From the NCBI GenBank assembly GCA_964234715.1, contig OZ174281.1: a DNA stretch of 64,000 nt; one strand, given 5' to 3'. Below, one piece after another: positions 47,791-60,551 of this stretch. Each line of letters begins with the position of its first letter. Position 1 is the stretch's first letter. Made by a program: the position numbers and the translations under genes. The notes beneath the pieces were generated by a model. That model worked only from the letters and a program-made list of their open reading frames with translations, made no database searches and was not told the DNA's origin. The stretch comes from Podarcis melisellensis (lineage: Eukaryota).

Positions 47791-50700
47791 CTCTAGGGAA
47801 AACAAAACACATTAGCTAATATTCCAGAAGTTTTACTTCCACATGCTTCTTCATCACATGTCTCAGCTTGTTTTACACTTCAAACGTAACCAAATTTGTT
47901 ATACTGAAATTTGTGCTAGTCTCATTTTTTTGTAAACATGTGATTTACTACGTTGGCTTACTAGAAAATACAGTAAAATATCATTGCTTGGAATTTTAAA
48001 AGCAGCACTATAAAAAACACAAATCTGAAATACTGGGAAGAAAAACAACATGCATCCATTTGTAGTATATAGACCACTTCTTCTGCATTATATTTACATT
48101 TCAAACAAGAACACAATCAAGGGAACACCCCTTCTGCATCATCTCCATCTAAGTTAGATACGGTGAACCTCAGACCTGATCACTGCATGCTTCGCACAGA
48201 GAGCACATCAGATAGGAGCTTCCAGATAAATCACACACTACCTGTATGTATCTTCAAAAGTAATTTGACTCATTTGAGTTAAGCCAAAGCCCTTCACACA
48301 GGGAGACTTCACATTTACTTCTCAGAAGGTTGTCACACCCAAAAGATCCCCACAGTGCTTATCAACTGTTCATACAAAGCAAGGCTAGCCAAAGTGGTAT
48401 CTTCAATGTGTTGTTGGACTACAGTTCCCATCAGCCTCAGCTTGTGTAGTCAATGGTTAAGATAAGACCAACAGGATGTTACTCCTGCTACACTGAATTG
48501 CTGATCCCCCATATCCGATGATACTGCATAATAGCTGCAGATTCAGTAAATAATGAAGAGGGATTTCTGGGTACTACCCATTATTCCCACTGAAGAAAAT
48601 AAAGAAGCAGCTGCTCATATGGGCCTCTATGTGCACAAGTGACCAAATCTCACAGAATTTATTTGAATAGAAAGGATTGTAAACAGCACCTTGGACAAAT
48701 GAACTTTCCTCCCAACCCAGTCTTGATAATTGTCTATGACCTTTTTAAAGAAATAAAAAAAAAAATCAATGCTATATTTTTATATAGACCACAAAAATCT
48801 GCATATCTACAGAGTCCTATATTTCATTAAATATTCAAATGGCTCTGCAATATTTAAACAAAATCCATAGGCTAATTTCATTATTGCCACAGGCAGAATA
48901 TTGTATTACCTGAAAAGTGCTCAATAAGATTGATTTGTGTTTTACCTTCTGTAACACAGAGTCTCGACTGACCACTTGCCAAGCCAGGTTGCAAGAGTCT
49001 TTGAAAACCACAAACTGTGCTGCTGTCTGTACAAGACATTGCCCGGAATACTCCGGCTGTGCTTTGAAACCTTGCAAAATATCAATGACCGCTCCAGATC
49101 CAATAACTACCCAGGCAGAGGTCCTTTACTGAAGATCTTTTGAAGTAGCTATTAGTACAAATCAAAGGTTTAGTGTGTTCTTATCTATTTCCCCCTCTTT
49201 CCTCCTGGCCCATCTCGAATATTCATAAATGATCCGCACACATTTGCAGCCAGTTATCAATCCCCTGATAAACCTTGAACTGCTATAATTTAATCCCTTC
49301 CGCAATTCTTTATGAACCCCATCAATGCCATTCATAATTAATGAAATTGCAGGATGGGTTCCTGGATGAACTAAAGTTTTTTGCCCTCACGGCGGATCGA
49401 TGATTCTGACCATGTCTGTTTCATTATTGACAGCATCTGCCCACATTTACTCTTATAATTAAGTTATAGTTCAACTCTTAACTTTTCACAAGTGTTTGAA
49501 ATGGCTGTATGGTGTTCTTAATTTCAGTTGCTGTTTCATCTCGCTCAGTGGGTGCCTATTTTATTGTTAAAGGTCATACTCATTTGTCTGCTCCAACAAA
49601 GGCAGTCCTTAAAGTTGGCTGCGGTTTTGACAGACAGTGGGCCCTATAAGTGATGGCCTTAAGGACAGACCTGGCACTGCGAGACAGTCACCACAGCAAG
49701 GGAAATAACAGATAACAAATCATGCCACTATTTTTCCTCCTGGCGTGATTGACGACATCACAGCGGGTATAACTTTTCAGTGTCTTCAGATTAAAACCCC
49801 CTCAAACAAATGAGTTCTTAAAATACTGTCCAGGGGCGTCAAAGTCAGCGGCTGGACCCAAAAGCATTTTTTTTTTTAAAAAAAAGGTTTTATATTAAGA
49901 AGAAAGCCAAAGCCAAAGTGCATAATTCAAGACTATGGAGTGCAATTATTTAATTGTCACAGATCTTCTGGTGCATGGATGGATGGAGAAGCTCTTGAAT
50001 GATAAGTCACTTGATAATGATGGGACCCATGTGAGGCAACATGTTTAGAGAAACAAGCATTTGCCATCAAAAACCATGCAGCTCAGTCACTAATAGCAAA
50101 ATAGTAAATTTATGTTTTGTCAGGAAATAGTAAAATGTGGACACTTAGGGTTTGGGGAATTTTTTTTGTATAATGGGAGCATCATTTTTATAAACATTTT
50201 TTTTTGTCACTGCTGGGCAAATATAGATAAAAAGAGATAAAGGCAAACTTTCAGACACCCAGTTCAGAAAGGTGCATTTGAATATAAGGCATAGAATAAA
50301 TCCCAGCTGTTGTCAGTAGCAAGACATTCTCTTTGCCAGCATAGAGATGCAGAGCATTATTGTAAGCATATCCAAAAATTACAGTATAAATGGGAACCTT
50401 CAATTTCCTGCCCATTATTGTTAGCAAATGCTTGCCCTGTAAGTATATAATAGTTGTACTTCTCTAAATATATGAAATTTGCTCTCTGCCTGGCTTTATC
50501 TTTTTAAGCCTGATTTTGTTTTTTAAAAGAAGCTTCCCTAGTCACAAAATAGACCTGTGTATTTGCCGTGAACATTTTGGCTTGAAAGCATATTCAGCAT
50601 GTACAAGATGTCCTACTTATACGGATAATTCTTGTATGCTTGCATAATTGTAAACGTAGAAAACTCACAAATATGCATACTCAGGCTTCCATCCTATGCT

Positions 50701-52524
50701 CACTTAACACTTCATTAAACTAGTGAAAGTGTGTGTGTGTGTTTAGCATAAAGGAGCACTGTCTTGTGATTTAAAACCTAGTGTTTCTGTTGAGAAAATT
50801 AAGAGTGGGGATCCTTTAAACAGATATGTAGCCATTCACTCATATTTGTCAGTAGGGTGGTGACTTACACATCTCCCAAAAAGAGGACACAATAATATTG
50901 GGTTATTAGACTACTTCACTAGTTTATACACTGAGCATCAACATTGTTCATGCCCTCTAATAGCAAACTCCATCGACAAGATACAAAATGAAGCAACCCA
51001 AGAATAAAGTTATGGTGTGGTAGTCAACTACGTTTTTCTCAGAGTAGACCTATTCAAATCAATGCACCTAACCTAGCCTGCAATTTTGTACCAATTTACC
51101 TAGGGGTAAGCCCCTTTGGGACATATTTCTGAGTGGACATGCATAGAGTTGCATTGTTGGCATGTTCATTAATTTCAATGGATCTCCTCTGAGTACAACT
51201 TAGTTGAATACCACTCATGATATCTATATGCTTAGGCATGTAGATGTATAAACAGTGAAAATTAGAGGAGGAAAGTAAAGGGGGGGAATTCCCTAAACAA
51301 CCCAGTGAGGGCTGAACATGCTCAATTATCTCTAGGAATCATGGAAGGAATGCTGAGTATTAATAGGAAAGGGAAAATGGAACAGGGGTTGGGAGAACTG
51401 GCCTCCTTGAATACCAATCAGTCTATATAGCATTCTGGACAAGGGCACAGCAAAGTGTCTAGAATTCTGAAGAACAGCACTCCCCTAAAAGGATGGGACT
51501 ATACTGCAACATTTTGTCTCTATGATGTTGAATAGGTAAGAGGTGGAGAAGGGTGAATTTTGGTGTCATACAATGTGCCAATGAAATTTGAGACACCAAG
51601 GTCTGCCACTGTCCTACTATTACTATAAAGCTATGTTTTGGCAGTGGAGTTCCGCTCCGTTGTGAGGTATTTGTGCTAGAGTGGATCAATCTGGTGGGGA
51701 GGGTCTTTGGGACAGATAACCCTCAAAGCTCTGTGTTTGGGCTAGATGGACTTTAATTCATTTCAACTCTGTAATTTAGAAATCCACGATTCTACAATTA
51801 TTATTATTTAATTCTTTTTACAGCAATTCCATGCCCATGTCCCGAAACAAAGAGCTCTGTCTTTTTCTTGTAATATTAGAATGCCAATAAAGTATAAATG
51901 AATTGAATTGAAAGTGACTTACATTTCAATGAAAGGTATTGTGGCTGGGAAGAAAACATTCCAAGCATCAATTAAGTCTGTTGAATGAGAACATTGTCTT
52001 CTTCCGTTTTACTGAGACACAGGGAAGTGTCCCACTTTAAAGTCTTCATATATTACTATTAACCATTTCTCTGGTACTTTTAACATGCCAAGCTCTCCAC
52101 AATCCTCATCCTGTTCATCCTCACAACAATTCTCTGTGTTGGCTCACTAGTATTCAATGCATTTTTTAAAAAAAAAACCTAGAAGAAATTTTGCAATCTT
52201 ACAATTTCAAGACAGGTAGCTGCATTAGCAAAGTTAATCTCTTGCAGCAAAAGCAACAAAGAGTCAAATTTACAACTTCATAAGAATTCATGGACTCAAG
52301 CAGACCTCGCCAGATGCAAAGTAGCTTCCCCCTCTGATAATTACATGGAAAAATGAACAGGATCCTTGAGCAAGGGGAAGGCATTCCTACACATGCAGGA
52401 AAGGAGGGGTCCTTGGGTTCTTCTTGCAGTTTGCCAATTCTCACCCCCAGCTGCAACGCCTGAAGCACACCCCACGGCATTTTGTAGGGCTTCCCAGGCT
52501 CAGGCATAACTTTCTCTCTCTCTT

Positions 52525-52541
52525 TGTGTGTGTGTGTGCAC

Positions 52542-52572
<31 letters not shown>

Positions 52573-52602
52573 CGCACACACACACACACACACACATGTG
52601 TG
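52525..52602. repeat. Alternating purine-pyrimidine compound microsatellite with a perfect 54-bp palindrome
   Basis: (TG)11(CG)5(CA)11 at 52543-52596. Confidence 0.92.
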
Positions 52603-52743
52603 CTGGTCCAAGGAGCTACAGTGGGAAGGAGAATGAAGAAAAGTACTGCAGCATAACTTCTCTCATAGTTTCCTGCATCTTTCTCATTAATACCTATGTT
52701 GCAATCTTCTCAGCATCAGGCTTATTCTTACTGACCAAGTCAG

Positions 52744-52788
52744 TATGGTATGGTATGGTATGGTATGGTATGGTATGGTATGGTATGG
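52744..52788. repeat. (TATGG)n pentanucleotide microsatellite
   Basis: Direct reading. Confidence 0.9.
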
Positions 52789-52811
52789 CATGGCAAAGTA
52801 TTATTAATATA

Positions 52812-52891
52812 CAGGGTGAGTCCTTTAAAAGAGGCCCTGTGGATACAGAGTACACATGTTTCACGGGGCCTCTTTTAAAAGACTCACCCTG
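52812..52891. mobile_element. 80-bp hairpin Tc1/mariner MITE
   Basis: About 30-bp near-perfect TIRs CAGGGTGAGTCCTTTAAAAGAGGCCCTGTG and CACGGGGCCTCTTTTAAAAGACTCACCCTG; TA flanks. Confidence 0.85.
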
Positions 52892-53124
52892 TATTATTTA
52901 TTAAATTTCTATACCCCCCTTCACTCAAGGATTACAGAGTGGTTTCCAATATAAAAACACAAAATACACACCATAGTAACAAGCAAAAACAATAGCTCAC
53001 ACTATTGTAATTTTAGTTGTTTTAAAGATGTCTACCTGTTGCTTTATTATTGTATTTGTATAATGAAAAATTGCTTGCACATGGTTCTGAAATCCTAAAC
53101 AGAGTGATGGTGGTATGTAAGTGT

Positions 53125-53127
<3 letters not shown>

Positions 53128-53164
<37 letters not shown>
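53128..53164. repeat. (CA)n microsatellite
   Basis: Direct reading. Confidence 0.9.
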
Positions 53165-53165
<1 letters not shown>

Positions 53166-56100
53166 CGCAACACATTGTAGCCCTGCTGTTGTGCAGTGTT
53201 CTGAAGTTTGTGACTGGGCCACAACTCAAATGCCCCCTGAAAATTTGCCTAATGTGAAATTGCCTAGTCTGATTTTGGCTTTTGTCCTCAAGGAAAATAT
53301 CTGAGGAAACCAACATCATTTCATCAAGGCTAGTAAAAATTATCCATGACCCACCCCTTCTTAAAGTGGACCTAATACAAGGTCATCTATTCAGGTGAAT
53401 ATTGAAGATAAATGTCCCTTTGTTGCTACCTTTTCCCTTCAGAAAGGCAAAGTGAATCGGTCTGGTGTCTGAATTGTGTGAGACACTGTAGTAATATCCC
53501 TCCTATTTTATGGTTATATTTAGTGAGATGACATTTATGGCAGTGAACAAGATTCGAAACATGGGACGAGTCCATCATGTTTTTTTTTATTCTTATTACA
53601 AATATACATATTAATTTCTATCATACCATGAAGTTATACAATTACAATATAATGCTTCCAAAGTATATATGACTGTATGTTTCCATGAGGCAGTTCAAAC
53701 CATACCTCTCTACTATTTCCACTGTGAGGATGGCACTGAATTTGACATGATGTTTGTCAGCCGCCTCTCTGTCATTTATGACACTTGCAAATCTCATCAA
53801 CATTTCCATGCAATTCTCTTTGATTGTTCCTTATTTTTGAGTCCAATAATTTATAAGTATTTCTTTGTAGCTAACAACAACCTGTGGGTGTGTAACTCAA
53901 ATGATCCTCATTTATTGTGATGCTGGAGCCACATTCTCAATACTGCTGTGGATTCCTGTTGTGTCCAGCAGTTGACTGATGGGTAAATAACCTTACTCTA
54001 GTCCAAGGAAGAAAGGGGAGACAAAAATACAATAGTAATACCTGGCTGAGTAAGGTCTACATCAAAATAGTAGAAATTTGATAAAACAGGATTTGGCATA
54101 AAACCCTGATTATAGGTCAGGAATGGAGGACCTGTAGCCCTCAATATGTTGTTGGATTCCAAATCCATACAGCCCTAACCAGCATGGTCAATGGTCAGGG
54201 GTGATAGGAATTGGAGTCCAACAACATTTGCTAACAATACTTGGAGGGCCAGAGCTTGAATTTTAGGTTCATGAACTTTAATTTCATTGAACATAGTAAT
54301 TTAAATACAATCTAAATACAAATACTTTGCAGGTAAGGGTGTCAATTCTATAGAAATCAAAACATTAAATACATGGCTGCTTCACACACACACACACACA
54401 CACATACACAATTGCTTTGGAGTTAGTACATTTCCATACTTATCATAGGGACACCAAATATAGATCTCTTTTGGAGTGCTGCAAAAAAATCTGTTCTTGC
54501 AAAATTGTAATCTCATACAATTTATGGTAATTTCCCATAAATTACATGGACATATTGGAAGCTTGTTAATAATTAAAAATCTTTTACTTCTTTTTTCCAA
54601 CTCTCAAATAAGTGTTAGAGTAAATAGTTTCCAGCCTTCCTGTGACATGATGTCTAAACAATACAGGCATCACAAAATAAATCATTTATGAAAAATATTT
54701 ATTTAAAGAGCTGTAATTTACCTTGCATTTACCATATGCCATTCATCCAAGTATCAATATAAAATATTCATTAAAGAAACTCATTAAAACAAACTTCCAT
54801 ACAATGGGGTGACAGGCCAACAAAAAGCATCAATCATAGAAAGGCTTTAAGTTTTTATTAGCGCACCGAAGATACACTAATATTTCAAAGCAGAAAATCA
54901 TGAATATGGCTGCTGCAGCCCCAGGATGACCAAAAGGGCACAATGGAAAAATATGATAAAGGTATAACAAAGATGGGGGCGAGATTTTCTTCATTTGTTT
55001 TCATTAAGCTGAAGGAATCCATGACAGCAAACCCAAATCTATTTTATTAATGATGAATAAACCTGATGTAATAATTAATGGGAAATCTATAGCTAATCTT
55101 AGAGGAAGAAGAATAACCAGGCATGTAATGATGTTTAAGTCCGGCATAGCAGAACTTTCTGCAGCTGTCTCTAGCTGCAGGTAATATAAGCAGAGCAATC
55201 AGCTGTGAACATCAACAGCTCCAGACTGTCGGGATGATACTAAGCACCAAAACATAGCAATCTTTCTAAAATGCAGGCGGTGTGTGATCCCTAACATTTT
55301 CCTCCACGGCTTTAGCTCAGACTACTTTAGAGCACACGGATGAGCATCTGGAATATTTTGAAAACTTTTAATATCCTTGGTTGAAACTTCCTAGGCTCTG
55401 TGAAATTTCTTTGAAGTAAACACACATTCAAACTCCTGATCTGAATTCACAAACTGTGACATGAATATTATAGGATTCACATAAGAAAGGCTGCAGCTCT
55501 TCATATGTAGTCTTTTTTTTTTCACTTATTCATTAGGAAGTTCTGTTAAATATCCACTTCACATAGGCTGCAATTCTATTAGACTGTTGATCTGTGATTA
55601 AATGTTCTAATAAAATTAACTGGCTTTACTGCAAACGGAACATCTGGAGCTATGTTTAATTTTATGTCAAACATATACAGGAAACACCTGTCTAGGTGAA
55701 GTAATTTTTTAAAAATGACATTAATCCATCTGTTGTGGAAATGTATGTCACAGTTGTCACATTAAAAAAGGCAATATCAACAAACACAGAAACCCTAAAT
55801 TGGCTCGGAACGTACACTTTCTAAAATTAACAAAAAATTCATTTATCCAAATGTTAGCATGTCAGTCTCATTTTATCCTGAATAAGATCCCTTTCTTCTC
55901 TTTAGACTGAGAACGTCTTTCAAATATGGTACTGTAAAACTTCCAGATGTGAAATAAGGCCACATAATTACAAGATTAAAGCTCTGAGGTGATTCTTTAC
56001 CTGTACTAAAGTAATATTCTTAAACAGTCATAAAATAAATCAAGAATCATACATGAGAAAAAGTAGAGACCAATGGGAGTAAGTAAGATAACAATAGCTA

Positions 56101-57714
56101 TAAAAGAAACTTTAAAATGCTTTTAGAAAATATTACAATGTGCTGTCAGGGCCAGGCCTACCACTATGCAGAATGAAACAGCTGTGCCAGTCAGCTCATT
56201 TTGGGTATCATAAAAGGACAGCAAATTGTTATTTAATTCATTATTGTTGGGGGGTTTTGCTGCAAAGATTGAGAGAGGTATTTGTATCTCAGGTGCCAAA
56301 ATAACTTTGTGTGTTTTTGAAACTATGTGCCTCATTGACTGGGGTGTGTGCAAGCTGCCATTGACTTTTCCAATGCAAGCTGCAAAGTGTATTGTGTTAA
56401 ATGTTGCCCTGATGGTGTTATACAGAATGTAAGGAAGGCAGAGGATAACCCACATTCCTGGATATTGTGTTAGTATGATTAGGAAAGGACTTATTATTAT
56501 ATTTTAAAGAAAATGCTACAAAGGATTTCAGCAAAGAATACTATCTAGTCTTTAGTATCATCAATCTGGAGGATGATAATGTTTCAAAAAAATAATTAAT
56601 TTGTCCAACAGTTTTCACATTAGCAAAACAAACAAACAAAACATTATGATGAGTAAATTGGGCCTGTATATTAAGGTGGTGTCTGTGTATGGAGATGGAT
56701 GGATTGCAAAGTCCTTCTCAGTAGATGACTGGCCACCGTGTGTAAAATGTTTTGCTCTCATTACAAAATAAAGGTGTACCATCAACAGGGACTCCACTAG
56801 GTTGGGGATTGGAACTGCCCTTGGTGCACTCAGTGTCTGATAAGGGCCAGTTTTCTCCTTTTTTCAGCTATGCTTAAAATTTCAGCACTCTTCATTTGTG
56901 TCATAGAGAGTCACTGAGAACCAAGTCCTTAATAATCCTTCCCTGGTTCTGTTTCCTAGGCCTAGTTTTTACAAACAGCAAATACAGGACTAAAATTGTT
57001 TCTAGATTATATCACTTTAGACACAGGGTGGCGGCTCATTGATTGAATGATCCTCTGCATCCAAAAATAAATAACCAAACAAAACCCAACACAAAGAAAA
57101 TGAGATGTTACAGGTAAAAGGTTTCTGACTAAAATACTAGAGGTTTACTCTAGGTTTCTGACTAAAATACCAGAGTTCTACAAGCAGATAATCCATCCCC
57201 TTCCCGATGCAGAATCATTTCAGTCATATGAGCCTCTCCCCTTGCCTGGTTGAAGCAGTATAATCCACCAACAGGTTTCCCCCCTCACACACTTTTCTCT
57301 TGCTTTTGAAACTAGGCCACAGCACCTTAGAAGCCCTCTTCAGAAGTAATCACATGAGGTAGAGCCATGGGGACAAGCATGCTAGCTCTCCGCCAAGGTT
57401 GGGAGGGCAACCTTCTGAAGTGGAGAACACCGAGGGGTTCTAAAATATACACTGTTTCTCTCTCTGACATTAATTTTAGGATAAATGTACTGAAAATGTT
57501 ACATGTTTAACTTATGCTGAAGAAACAAGGTGTCTGAATTATATTCATGGTTATTTTGAAAGTTCTGGAAAAAAATCTTGTTTATTTTTTGTTATTCATT
57601 TTATAATAAAAATAATTTTAGAAAAGAAAAGAAACACATACACATACACAGAGAGAGCCTATATTAAAAGGTTCACCCTATAAGTTGTGGTTATGGTTCT
57701 CCCTCACATGATTA

Positions 57715-58526
57715 CTGTATTTTTCACTCCATAAGACGCACCTGACCATAAGATGCACCTAGTTTTTAGAGGAGGAAAACAGAGGAAAAATATTCTGAAC
57801 AAAACAGTGGATGTATGATTTTTGTGGTTCATGATATGTGATTTGACGGTGAGTTTGGGGTAGCCAAATGCAAAAATCCTGACGATTCATGTGGATCCGT
57901 ACTTTGTGACCACGTTTTTGTGCCATTGCAGCCCCATGAAACAGCGGGCGCGTGATTTTTTTGGTGCAGGCTGTAGCCATGGACATGCTATGTGATCTGA
58001 TGGTGAATTTGGGGTGACCCAATGCAAAAATCCTGAGGATCCATGTGCTTTTACCTCCCCCCTCCCAGGCAGCCTACTTTATCTCTAGAGTCCCTTATCT
58101 CCCTCCCCATCACTTGCCGATCAGCTGCTCAGCGGCTTTGTTTCAACACCCCCTTCCCTCTTGTTTGCTTTAGTGTCTTTTCCTCAGGGTTTTTTTGCTC
58201 CTCCTTTTCTTCTAATTTCTCTCCTCGTTGCTTGTTTTAGTATTCCTGTCTCCTCTCCTTGCAAGTTCGCTGTCTTTACCTCCCACTTCCCAGGCAGCCT
58301 CCTTTATCACTAGAGTTCCTTATCTCCCCTCCTGATCGCTTGCCAATCAGCTGCTCAGCGCCTTTGTTTCATCACCCCCTTACCTCTTTCTAAAAAAAAG
58401 CATGATCTGCTTTTTGCCCCTAGGCAATTCGGCTCCAGCGACCAGGCATTTGCTCCATAAGACGCACAGACATTTCCCTTACTTTTTAGGAGGAAAAAAG
58501 TGCATCTTATGGAGCGAAAAATACAG
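57715..58526. mobile_element. Non-autonomous Tc1/mariner-superfamily (pogo/Tc2-like) element
   Basis: TIRs CTGTATTTTTCACTCCATAAGACGCAC and GTGCATCTTATGGAGCGAAAAATACAG; TA on the left, CA on the right; internal duplications. Confidence 0.82.
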
Positions 58527-60298
58527 CACTTTACTCAGACTGTTAATGCCTCAAAAGGGCTAACATGTTGAGTTTTAAAGAATGTGATAAAGAGAATATG
58601 AAGAAATGGCTAGAGAGAAAAACATTGTTTGGAATATTAATTCTTTTTCTTTTTTAAAAAAGAGTTTTCTAAATGCAAAAGAGAGAATGAGGCTGGTAGA
58701 ATTGATTTTACTCTGCCACCTCACCCATTGTCAAAGTATGTATAAGGAGAATAAAATTGTAGTCCTGTGTTACTTAAAAGTGCATTGACCCTTCTACATA
58801 AGCCAGCCTTACAAAAGGTGAATATTAAGTCTAAAGTAGCAATGAATAAACTAATCTGGGGTTGCATATCTTAAATTTGTTTTGCCAAATTTCATTTCCA
58901 GCTGCAATATTCAGGATAACAATTCAGTAAAGTTTGATAGATAGGTAAATAGCTAGCTAGGTATACCTGCGTTCATTTGTTGTTAAGGGCCCCTCAGCGA
59001 ATGGCTATCCAGTTGACAGAACTAGAAGAAAATGTATTGGGGACTCTCAGCTTAGAAAAAAGTCATTCACCCATCCATATCACCAGGGTACTGCAAAAAT
59101 TGTGAAGGAAACAAACACACACTGTCAAATCCATTTTGTGTTCAGTGGCTGCCAAGTTGTCTAAAATGAAATTTAGAGGTGGCTTTGGAGATTCTTCCTT
59201 GGGCAAAACAGCTGAAGAATTTCAAGGAAAATCAAAAGAGTTTCAATAGGATTAGCTGAATTTCTCAGGGTGATTCCTCACCTCTGCAAAGTAGTCCCCA
59301 GGTTTTACTAAAGTGAAATTTTGTGCTTAACATGCCTGTTGTGGCTCAGGTGAAAATATGAAGGATTTCTGAGGGAAGTAAAAATAGTTTTGACAGCAGT
59401 GGTGAAATTTCTCATGAGGCTTCCAAGCATCCCATCACGTAAACAAATACAAATGGGGATGAAACAAATCTCACCCACTGCAATATGCATGCAAAGCCTT
59501 CCTGAAAGCATTTCAGGAACAGCTTGTTTGCCTATGGACCTGAAGGCTGCTAGGCTTTGCAAGGGACAAGTGGAAAGTCAATCTGTGAACATCAAAGCAG
59601 TCAGGACTACAATAAATGCTGGACTTCCACAAGAGAGCAAAAGAGTTTATGGCCTCAGCACAAAATAACCTTGCTAAAGCACAGGAACAGCGGAAGGATG
59701 GTGTGATTGACAAGCTATGGCTTAGACATATGAGGTGGGGCAAAGGGTCGTGATCCCAATCCCAGTTTGGCAGGAAGACTGTAAACAGACTAAGAGGGAC
59801 CATTTGACAGCATTAGATAGGTCAACAACACCATCTTCCTCGCAAAGCTTCCAGGCAGAAAGTGGAGACACCGGCTCTACAATTCAAACACAAGCAAGCT
59901 GTAGTAGGAAGTGGCAGAAAAGCTCCTCACAATCTGTCAGGAGTTAGAGCTCTTACTGGCTTTGCCCAAGGAAGGCAAACATAATAATTGGCAAAAAGGG
60001 AAGACTTTTCTCACGGCAGGTTACCTTTACACAGGATGGGTCGTCAGATGACAGGGGTACACAGTTCAGCCACTGATGTGTTTGCAGGCAGGGCAGGACT
60101 CAGCTTAACAAGAGTCTCAAGTGAAGTTTGACATGACGGAGTAAAGGGTGAAATATGCATCCACTATCAAAGATCAATAATCCTAGATTTCCTTGCACAA
60201 CAGATGTTAAGAATGCAAGAACCACCATACAGAGTCAGTGAGCAACCCATCTAAACATATTGAGTGCATATCTTTTTAACCAGTGTTGAATTTATATA

Positions 60299-60551
60299 CA
60301 GTGGTACCTCGCAAGACGAATGCCTCGTAAGATGAAAAACTCGCAAGACGAAAGAGTTTTTCGTTTTTTGAGTTGCTTCGCAAGACGAATTTCCCTATGG
60401 GCTTGCTTTGCAAGACGAAAACGTCTTGCAAATTTGTTTCCTTTTTCTTTTTCAATGCATTCCAATGGGAATCCGTGCTTCGCAAGACAAAAAATTCGCA
60501 AGACAAAAAAACTCGCAGAATGAAATAATTTCGTCTTGCGAGGTACCACTG
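60299..60551. mobile_element. Tc1/mariner (Tigger-like) MITE with iterated internal motif
   Basis: Perfect 22-bp TIRs CAGTGGTACCTCGCAAGACGAA; TA flanks. Confidence 0.92.

Noticed and set aside
48945-49075. Possible minus-strand coding exon (GFKAQPEYSGQC...)
   Set aside because: Weak splice signals and no recognisable protein; kept only as part of the candidate conserved block.
57118-57175. Two copies of AGGTTTCTGACTAAAATAC about 33 nt apart
   Set aside because: Simple local tandem duplication with no further structure.
60299-60551. CRISPR-like repeat spacing
   Set aside because: Eukaryotic DNA, short irregular units in both orientations, bounded by TIRs with TA; this is a MITE.
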